Assembly (NCBI GenBank): GCA_013239625.1
Contig: MU054338.1
Location: forward strand, 4,427,371-4,491,370
Source: Lama guanicoe
Lineage: Eukaryota
DNA: 64,000 bases
Direction of reading: 5' to 3'
The position numbers were made by a program, and so were the translations under genes. Of the stretch, positions 55,601 to 64,000 are shown piece by piece; the stretch's first letter is position 1; each line of letters starts with the position of its first letter. The notes under the pieces are model-generated. The model had not been told where the DNA came from. It worked only from the letters and a program-made list of their open reading frames with translations, and did not search any database.

Positions 55601-58600
55601 GACAGGGAGACTGAGGCTCAGTGGCACCCAGCCAGGAAGAAGTAGGGCTGGGACTGCCACCCAGATTGGCCTGACCTTGGTGCTGCACTATTACCTGGCC
55701 ACCTGTCCTCTTCCCGCAGGTTCCTCATCTACGGCCGCTACTGCAGCCAGGTGGAGTCGGCCAGCAAGCACCTGGACCATGTGGCCACAGCCCGGGAGGA
55801 TGTGCAGATGAAGCTGGAGGTGGGCGTGTGCCAGGCTACGTCTTGGGTCGGGGAGCTCCCACTCCTTCCCAGGCTTCGGGGGCAGTTGAGAAGAGACTGA
55901 GCTGGAGATGGTGCCACTTTCCATTGCAGCCCAGCCAGGGGTCTGCCTGCTGCAGATTTGGGGAGGGAGGGACTGACCAGCCAAGAGGGGAGCAGTGGAG
56001 CAGAGGAGATGGACCAGAGTGCTGAGCCCTGATCCCAGCTGAACCCTGACCCTAGGCTGAGGTCCCGACCCTGTCCTGAACTCTGGCTCCAAACTGAACC
56101 CCAGCCCTGGCTGTGCTCCAAGTCTGGGCTGAACGCCAGCTTCACACGGAGCCCCGACCCCAGCCAAGCCCCGATCCTGGACTGAACCCCAGCCTGAACC
56201 CATATGTCTGGCAGAAGCACAGACAAGGCAGGAAGGATGAGCCTCTGTTGCACCGTCCATGGTCCCCACGGTGGGGACCCTCTACCTGTCTATCTCGCCC
56301 TCTCCAGCCCCACTCAGCTAAGGAATCCTGGGACTTTACTCCAGGCAGCCTTCCAGCTGGCTCTTAAATCATCCCTCGCTCTGAGACATTCTTCCTTCCT
56401 TATTTCCTGGGGGGAGACCTGATGCTTCAGGTTCTAGAAGAATCCCCATCTGCCTTTACTGCTTCTTGCTCACCCCTTTCTCCGATCCCCCAGGAATGTT
56501 CTCAGCGGGCGAACAATGGGAGGTTCACCTTACGAGACCTGTTGATGGTGCCCATGCAGCGGGTGCTCAAATACCACCTCCTTCTCCAGGTACACAAGGC
56601 GGGCTGGCCCAGGCATGGGCTTGGCATGTCTACCTCCCTGCAGGGACTTCTGGGGACTGGGCTCTGGGACGCTCTGCGAGGGGTCCCTGGGGCCATGCCG
56701 CAGCTTGTGGGGGCGGCAGAAGGAGGAGGAAGGAGTTGGTGGGCCAGGCTTGCTCAGAAATCCCCCCAGGAGGGGAGGGCAGGCTGGGGGGATGTGCATC
56801 TCTGTGGGTCCTGCAGGAGCTGGTGAAACACACGCAGGATACAGTGGAGAAGGAGAACTTGCGACTGGCCCTGGATGCCATGAGGGTGAGTGGTCACACA
56901 CAGGGATCATGGTGACACACAGGCACATACACGTTCAAGTCTGTGAGTCCCACCCAGGCACGGTCGCATCCACGGGTAACCCCCCGCCACCACCACCTCC
57001 GCAGGTGACACCCCTGTATGCCCAGTGAGCGATTCGAAGTACCCCCCTTGGGGACAGTGACATACTGTGGACACCCTCTCTAAGCCTCCTGCTGGCCCCT
57101 GGTGGGGCTGACCTCCTGTCCCCAGCTAGACAGGGGACTGGACCACGTTGGGGGACCCAGGCTCACTCCCGTCCCACCCCCAGGACCTGGCGCAGTGTGT
57201 GAACGAGGTCAAGCGGGACAACGAGACGCTGCGGCAGATCACCAACTTCCAGCTGCCCTTCGAGAACCTGGTGAGGGCGCGGGGCGGGGCGGGCCAGGGG
57301 TGTGGCCGCGGGGCGGGGGGGGGGTTAGTCTCCTCCTTGGCAGCCCCTTGCCAGACACCCTGCCTGTTGTGCAGGACCAGTCTCTGGCCCACTACGGCCG
57401 GCCCAAGATCGATGGCGAGCTCAAGATCACTTCGGTGGAGCGGCGCTCCAAGATGGACAGGTGGGCGGAGCCAACACGGATCTGGGTCGGAGCCTGGCAG
57501 GGGCGGGGCTAGATTTCCAGATAGACAGGTGGGTGGGGCCACCCGGCCCAGAGGGTGGAGCCTAGGTGGAAAGGCAGGGCAGAGGCAGCCTGGATGTGTG
57601 GCTGGACCCAGAACAACAGCTGACAGGACAGGTGGCACAGATCATATGAGTGAGGTCAAGATGGACAGATAACCAAGCTGACCACCGAGGAGGAAAAGGA
57701 CAAGAATCCTCGAGGGACGGCAGGGCGGGGCCGGGAAGGTGGAGGGGATCAGGCGGAGCTGGCGGGGACTTTGGGAAGAGCCTGACCCAGCTGCTTCCAG
57801 GTACGCCTTCCTGCTCGACAAAGCTCTGCTCATCTGTAAGCGCCGAGGGGACTCCTACGACCTCAAGGACTTTGTGAACCTTCACAGCTTCCAGGTTCGA
57901 GATGACTCCTCTGGAGAGCGGGACAACAAAAAGGTAAGTTTCTGAGGCCATAACTGGGGGACCTCCATGCTGGGAAGCCTCAGTGCAGCCTGAGCTCTCC
58001 GCTTGGCTCTAAGGATGCCTGTGTGTGTGCTTGCGTGTGTGTGATTTTAGATTTGTGGGTGTGTATTTGCTTTTCCTGGGCAGCACTTTTCACGGCGACA
58101 TGTGCGGGGCTCTCCTGGGAGCAGGCAGCCTGCTGTTGGCTTGACCCTCCTCTCCCCACAGGGGTAGGGTCAGTGGGCATGTGGCCCGTCCCTTTGCAGG
58201 GCGGGCGCCTTCATTCTGAACCCTGCTTCCCTGCAGTGGACTCACATGTTTCTCCTGATTGAAGACCAAGGTGCCCAGGGCTATGAGCTGTTCTTCAAGA
58301 CACGAGAACTGAAGAAGAAATGGATGGAGCAGTTTGAGATGGCCATGTGAGACCTCTGCCCCACCTCCATCTTTCTATCCTCAGAGGATTCGTATCACGT
58401 AGATGCAGGGGCTGGGAGGCAATTCTGTGCCCTGGTCTCACCCCTGCCTTGACATACTGTGGGACCACTCTGAACCTCAGTTTTCTCATCTAGGAAATGG
58501 GAGGGACAGGCCTTTAAGACTATCTGCATCCTCAGAATGCCAAGTCTTTGTAAGAGCCAGCCATCACGCTGGAAATCCTTCCTCCTCATTGTTCTCTTCC

Positions 58601-61600
58601 TCCTCCTTTTTCTCGAGATGAAATTCATTTAATCAAAAACTTAGCCATTTTGAAACGTACAGTTCAATGGCATTTGTACATTTACAATGTTGTGCGACCA
58701 CCACCTCTGTCTAGTTCTGGAACATTTTCATCCCCCTGAAAGGAGACCCTGCACTTATGAGGCAGTCAGTCACTCCCCCTTCCCCACCTCCCTGCCCTTG
58801 GCAACCGCTAATCTGCTTTCTGTCTTTACTATGTTCAAGGCAGCACTAGTCATAAGAGCCGACAATGTGGCAGCAACCCAAATGTCCATCGGTGGGTGGA
58901 TGGAGAAATACAACAGGGCAGACCCATGCAGTTGAACAGTATTCAGCCATAAAAAGGGCTGAAGTCTTGCTCCATCTGCATTACAGCGGGTATTGGTACT
59001 TCGTTCCTTTTATGGCTAAACACTGTTCCGTTGCTTGAACTTCTCTCTCCAGCTCCAACATCTACCCCGAGAATGCCACAGCCAATGGGCACGACTTCCA
59101 GATGTTCTCCTTTGAGGAGACCACGTCCTGCAAGGCTTGTCAGATGCTGCTGAGGTGAGGCGCCTCGGAGGATGGACCTGGGTCCTGGGCTGGGTGGGCT
59201 CTTGCTCTGTAGGCGGGGCCCCTGCGTGCCATCCCTATGAGCTGGGAGGTGGGAGGCTGTCCTCTGATTTTCAGCTTCTCCATCTCTCTCCTGCTCTAAA
59301 GGGAACCCAGAGGGGCCCTTCACATTATTGGCAAAGCGATTGGCTGTGTCCGTTCAACGTCACTGAATCTCCTTTGTCTCCTCCCTGCATCCTAGAGGCA
59401 CCTTCTATCAGGGATACCGCTGTCAGCGGTGCCGGGCGCCTGCGCACAAGGAGTGTCTGGGGAGGGTCCCTCCGTGTGGCCGACATGGGCAAGGTACCAG
59501 GGACTGAGGGTGGGAGGCGGGCTTGCTTCTGCGCGGGCGATTTTCCACTCTAACTAGTATTTCCTGTATCCTCCGATAGATTTTACAGGAAATATGAAGA
59601 AGGTAAGACCCCCCCACCCCCCATGTGTGCGTGGAAAATCATGGCGGGTGGAGGTGGTAAGGAGGGGAGGACCCGGGAGACCCCGGCAGTGGGCGCGCTC
59701 CTCCGCTGGGTGCTCAGATGAGGGCTGATGAGCCGCCCTGCTTGTTTTCTTGGTCTCTCCCTCCAGGATAAGCTGCATCGTCGTGCTCAGGACAAGAAGA
59801 GGAACGAGTTGGGTGAGTCAGCAGGGGGCGCTGTGCGCGGCGGAAAGAAATCTGGTCTTCGCCTCAGTGACGCTGGCCCAGGGACCGATCTCAACAATTC
59901 TTAGTGACCACGTAGTGTCCCGCTTATAAAGCCTTTGTTCCAGTCCTAGAAACCCGAAAGGAATTTGTAAATAACTCTCTGAAATTCTTTATTTGCTTTG
60001 CTCGAGTGCTCCCATTCACGCTGATTATTCACTGCACTCCCCACCCCACCCCCGTTTTTTTTCTTGCTTACAAATTCCTTCTGTAGTCTCAGCTGGCTGG
60101 GCACACCCCTGCGAGTTGTCCTCATCCCCTCTCCTGTTGATTCTGTATCACTGAACCTTACCACAATAGGGTGGTCCATCTGGAGGGCGGTGAGTGGGAG
60201 ATGCAGTCTGGCTGAGACAGAATTCCTTTTGGCGGGGCGGGGGCTGCTGCGACCTGGGTTCGTTTACATGTTGATGGAGTCTGTGGGATCACAGCAGCGG
60301 TGGGTGGTTTTTATCAGTGCCTACTATATATATGCTGTCTGGGGCACATGGTGACTGAACAAGGACTGCTTCTCCTCCCAAAGCGCTCAGGTTGGTAGCA
60401 GGAAACAGACTTTGGCCAAGTCGTCACAGTTGGGGTCGGCAAAGTAGAGGGTTTTCCGGAGCATGAAACTTGGGGACCAGGTGAATCTGAGTCTTCAGGG
60501 AGGGCTTCTCAGAGGAGGAAGCATTAGAGTGGACACTTGAGGGATGAGAAGGAGTAACAGAGGTGGAGAAGGCACAAGTGTTCCAGGCAGAGGGAACAGC
60601 ATATGCAAAGGCTAGGAAGCAAGAGGGCAAGGCATTATTAAAGAAGTGAGAACCTGGCGTGGCCGGGAGACAGAAATTCTTTGCTTATAGTCATACAGAA
60701 TCAGTGCAAAGACCCAGTTTCATATCTATCCATCTGTCTATCCATCTGTCCACCTATCTGTCTGCCTGTCTACACTGACTTATAGATGGGTATCTATAGA
60801 TATCTGTAGCTAGGTATGGATACACCAGCTTTATCCACAATAGTCAAAAGTTAGAAGCAACTCAAGCGTCCTCAATAGCAGGAATATATACATATGATAT
60901 ATATTATTTACATACATAATATCATAATACATGTATAAAATCAGCTGTACACAAAAGTGTATATATTGGCTTTATTTGTCAAAATCCAGAAACAACCCAA
61001 ATGTCTTCAGTAGGATGAAATATAAATGCGAGTGTGTATGTGTATATGCCCACTATGTATTTACTTCATATCCAATATATACCTGCTCACATGTCCATTA
61101 TTTATAGATATATATGCTTTCTATTCAGATGGAAAATACATACCAAAATGTATATGAAATGAGTAAATCTTTTTTAAACTGAAGTAGAGTTGATGTATGA
61201 ATATTACATAAGTTACAGGGGTACAATATAGTGATTCACAGTTCTTAAAGGTCACACTTGTTTGTAGCTATTATAAAAAATGGAATAAATCTTAAGTGTA
61301 TGGCTCAATAAATTTCTACCCACGTAACCACCACTCAGATCAATGGACAGAACACTTCCATCATCCCGGCAAGTTTTACTGGATGGCCCTGCTGGTCATG
61401 TTCACGGCTAGTCAGCCCTTCTTCCCAGCAGGAACCACTAGCTGAACTCCATCATCATTGATCTGTTTTACTTGTCTTTGAACTTCATACAAATGACATT
61501 CTACAGAGCAGTATGGTTGCTTGAAGCAGTACTTTGTTCTTTTTCCTGGCAGTATTGTATTCCATGGTATGGTTATTGCCCTCTGTGTTTGTCCATCTTA

Positions 61601-62432
61601 TGGAGGACATTCGGTTTGTTGCCAATTTTGAGGGCTCTTGTGAATAGAGCTGCTGTGGCCCTTCCTGCCTGTGACTCTCTGTGGACCTGTGCTGTCATTT
61701 CTCTTGGTGATCTATATGGGAATGGAATTAGCTTTAGCAGTTCCTGCAGAGTTTTCCCAAGTGGATTCCCACCCTCGCCACCCCTTGGTATTGTCTTTTT
61801 AATTTTCGCCATCCTGCTGGGGGGTGAGACTCGGGTTGGAAAGCCCTCTACTGCCAACCACAGTGTCCCGTCTCCTTCCTTTCCCTCCAGGTCTGCCCAA
61901 GATGGAGGTGTTCCAGGAGTACTATGGGCTGCCTCCGCCCCCGGGAGCCATTGGACCTTTCCTACGGCTCAACCCTGGAGACATCGTGGAGCTCACCAAG
62001 GCTGAGGCCGATCAGAACTGGTGGGAGGTACAGGCTGGGGCCATGGGAGGGATGCAGAAGGACCCGAGTGTGGGGTCAGGGTCTAAGTGACCTTGGGAAG
62101 TGGGATCATGGCCCCCTGGACTCTGGCAGTGGAAGGTTGCTCTGGGAGGGTGACATTGATGGGGCTTTCTGTGGGCCTGGTCCTCATGAGCTGGTGGTCT
62201 TCCCAGGAAGTTGACACTTGCTGGCACCTCTCTGGGTCATCCTGGCCACAGAGAGACAGATCAAGCAGAGTGGCCATTGGGTGAAAGATGGGCAGACACA
62301 CACACACACACACACATCACAGATGCCTGTAACCTCTCTGTGCATCTTTCCCTCCCATCTTTTTAGGGCAGGAATACGTCGACCAACGATGTTGGCTGGT
62401 TTCCCTGTAACAGAGTCAAGCCCTACGTGCAT
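28667..62432 (+). CDS. VAV1: Proto-oncogene Vav1 Rho/Rac GEF; exons 1-21 (CH, acidic, DH, PH, C1, N-SH3; 660 codons). SH2 and C-SH3 exons lie beyond the window
   Basis: Exons: 28667-28870, 52595-52711, 53194-53252, 53371-53439, 53562-53670, 53763-53858, 54799-54867, 55039-55142, 55720-55819, 56494-56589, 56817-56885, 57184-57270, 57375-57460, 57801-57933, 58237-58346, 59053-59154, 59396-59493, 59580-59602, 59767-59812, 61891-62027, 62367-62432. Total 1980 nt. Starts [25 protein letters not shown] and contains the EGDEIYEDL (Y174) motif. Confidence 0.97.
32061..32258 (+). mobile_element. MER20-like element
   Basis: cagtggttctca...ccccaggggacatttggcgatgtctggaga...ctactggcatctag...gaggccagggatgctg. 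Confidence 0.8.
32697..32915. mobile_element. MER58-like DNA transposon relic
   Basis: ggggctggcaa...ttttataaataaagttttatt...gccacgcccactcatttacg...tactatccagacctttg resembles MER58A. Confidence 0.55.
33113..33452 (-). mobile_element. Two tandem tRNA-derived SINE copies (Vic-1-like)
   Basis: Same tRNA-like head at about 33220-33292 and 33380-33452, with T-rich tails. Confidence 0.75.
37208..37423 (-). mobile_element. MER20-like element
   Basis: Reverse-orientation copy: tgtaggatgttgggcagcacccctggcctctacctactcgataccag...gagaaccgctg. Confidence 0.7.
37650..38075. mobile_element. MaLR LTR (MLT1-type)
   Basis: gtttcctgtggctgctg...actggtggctt...cacagttctggag...gggagaatctg...gccattcaacctgctaca. 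Confidence 0.7.
38784..38986 (+). mobile_element. MER20-like element
   Basis: cagtggttcttaactgggg...cccaggggacatttggcaatacctggagac...tagtgctgaggctgagaaa. Confidence 0.75.
40565..41040. mobile_element. Old ERVL-type LTR (LTR33/LTR41-like)
   Basis: cagggttcagcccagaaaacagaaa...gggaattggtta...cctcccattggctgaa...gggaaatgtagttccc. The exact subfamily is uncertain. Confidence 0.5.
42667..43136 (-). mobile_element. Solo ERV LTR nested in an L1M fragment
   Basis: About 470 bp starting TGTTACT on the plus strand (AGTAACA end on minus). The minus strand starts near GTAGGGAGGAGCAAAGCCGACTCCATATTGG. It splits the L1 sequence tttgtttgcat...ttctagagtttatagaaatgg. Confidence 0.6.
43285..43380 (-). mobile_element. 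tRNA-derived SINE inserted in an old L1
   Basis: tactggggattgaacccaggacctcatgcatgccaagcatgtgctctaccattgagctatacc preceded by (TTTA)n. Confidence 0.8.
47337..47720. repeat. (GAT/GGT)n degenerate trinucleotide low-complexity tract
   Basis: About 380 bp of gatggt/gatgat/ggtggt units. Confidence 0.95.
49520..50720. mobile_element. Cluster of L1 3' fragments (plus strand about 49520-49870 and 49900-50310; minus strand about 50430-50720)
   Basis: tacaatagccaagacatggaaacaacctaaatgtcc...gccatttgcagcaacatggatggacctagaga on the plus strand. The reverse copy reads ttgaaatatagttgatttacaatgttgtgttagttt. Confidence 0.8.
51265..51645. mobile_element. MaLR LTR (MLT1-type)
   Basis: ggggggcttaagcaacaga...ggaggctggaagtctgag...ggcttgcagatggcc...aaggccccatctccaaatac...gacacaattcag. 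Confidence 0.75.
56020..56205. repeat. Degenerate ~18-nt minisatellite (CTGARCCCCRRCCCNRG)
   Basis: About 10 units with a recurring ctgaacccc/ctgagccc core in VAV1 intron 9. Confidence 0.65.
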
Positions 62433-64000
62433 GTGAGTGCTTCAGGTCTGGACGGAGCGAGGGCGGGGGTGTCCAGAGAGGGTCCATAGGGTGGACAGCC
62501 CCGGGGAGAGGCTCACCTGTGCGCTTACCTGTGTGTCTGTGTATCCACTGATCAATCGTCTGTGTATCTAACTAGGTAGCTCTGTATTATCTATCTATCT
62601 CCAGAAATGTTCCTGGATTTTTATTTTAAAATTGTCTCAGCCTTGGCCAGTGCGAGCCCCTACAGGCTGGCTTTTCTGCCCTTTCGTTGTGTCCCCATCG
62701 TTCTCCGAGCCCTTCCTTACTTTCCAGCACGATACCAGACTTATCTAGTGCTTTTTCTGCCGCAGTCTGGGAATCAACCATTTTCCCAAGAAGTCCGGGT
62801 CTTTCCAGTGTGGGACATTGGCACTCGAGCACTGGGCACCTCTCCAATTCTGCCTCCTAATGTAACTACCTCTTTCAAGCTGTACTCATCTCTGCCTCCT
62901 TTTCTCCCACTACAATGAAGGCGCTGAGAAAAGATAGGGGGAAAAAAAAGACAATTCTCCTTTCTGTTTGAGGCTTCGCACCCGCCCAGCACCACCCATC
63001 TGACAAAATAACTACTATTATTCATTTCTTACACGTCTCTCTGGAGTTTATTAAGGCAGATGCAAGTAGAGATATGGGTTCTCATTTGCCCCATGGTTTA
63101 TTCAGAAGGTTCAATATTCACTATTTTGCAGCTGGTCCCCCTCCCCAATATATGTTGGGATCTTTGCATATCCCTGTATATAGAACATTTAATTATTTCC
63201 CCCCCTTTAAAAAACAGAGGTAAAATTTGCATGACATAAAATGCACAATTTTAACGTGTACGATTCAGGGGTACCTTAGTACATTTTGCAATGATTCCAT
63301 TGATATGAAATATCTAAAGTAGGTACATCCACAGGGACAGAAAACAAATTGATGGCATCCAGGTGCCGGAAGTGAAGGGCACAGAGAATAACTGCTTAAT
63401 GGGTAATGGGTATGCGTTTCCTTTTGGGGTGATGTTTTGGGACTAGTTCGAGGTGATGGTTCCTCATTCCTCTCATTATTTTTTAAAATTATGGTGAAAT
63501 ATCTGTAACTTAAAATTTACCATTTTTTAAGTGTACAGTTGAGTGTTACTGATTTCCTCTACCTTGTTGTGCAACCATCACCACCACCTACCTCCAGGAC
63601 TCTTCATCTTGTAGAAGTGACGTTCTGTACCTGTGAAACACCGACTCCCCATTCCTGCAACTCGCCAGGCCCTGGCGACCACCATTCAGCTGCCTGTCTC
63701 TATGAGTCTGACTGCTCTAGGGACCTCACATAAGTGGGGTCAGACCGCCTTCGCCCCTCTGTGTCTGGCTTATTTGACTGAGTATCGTGTCCTCAGTGTT
63801 CACTCAAGTTGGAGCGTGTGTCCGAAATTCCTTCTTTGTTAAGGCTGAATAAGCTGCCCACTGTGTGTGTGTACTCCATTTTGTTTATCTGTTTATCTGT
63901 TGATGGACGTTTGGGTTGCTTCCACCTTTTGTCTATTGTGCTTAGAGCCATTATGAACACTGAAGTATAAATATCTCCCTGAGTCCCTTGTTTTCTCTCC

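Noticed and set aside
56020..56205. Periodic repeat considered as a CRISPR array or Ig switch region
   Set aside because: It is a short degenerate intronic minisatellite in a eukaryote, with no unique spacers and no cas or Ig genes.

Overview
Mammalian genomic DNA (GC-rich, many short introns, one 97-nt N gap). It carries the conserved gene block GPR108(-), TRIP10/CIP4(+), SH2D3A/NSP1(-), VAV1(+), in the same order as human 19p13.3. TRIP10 (15 coding exons including a 168-nt alternative exon) and SH2D3A (9 coding exons, 576 aa) are complete. GPR108 (coding exons 1-10) runs off the left edge, and VAV1 (exons 1-21, codons 1-660) runs off the right edge. I placed exon boundaries by hand on GT-AG sites and all reading frames join without shifts. 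Repeated tRNA-derived SINEs resembling the camelid Vic-1 type suggest an alpaca/camel-like source; this is an inference. Introns hold ordinary MIR, L2, L1, MLT, MER20 and LTR relics. I see no convincing previously undescribed biological system. The most interesting signals are regulatory or splicing-level hypotheses: a CTCF-like site between the divergent SH2D3A and VAV1 promoters, a PU.1/octamer/AP-1/NF-kB motif cluster in VAV1 intron 1, an intragenic NRF1/CpG island at VAV1 exon 6, a stop-inserting tandem acceptor, a MIR-derived acceptor with an overlapping uORF, a MIR6791-like mirtron locus, and several inverted-repeat hairpins. Repeat family names and comparisons with human come from memory, not from searches.
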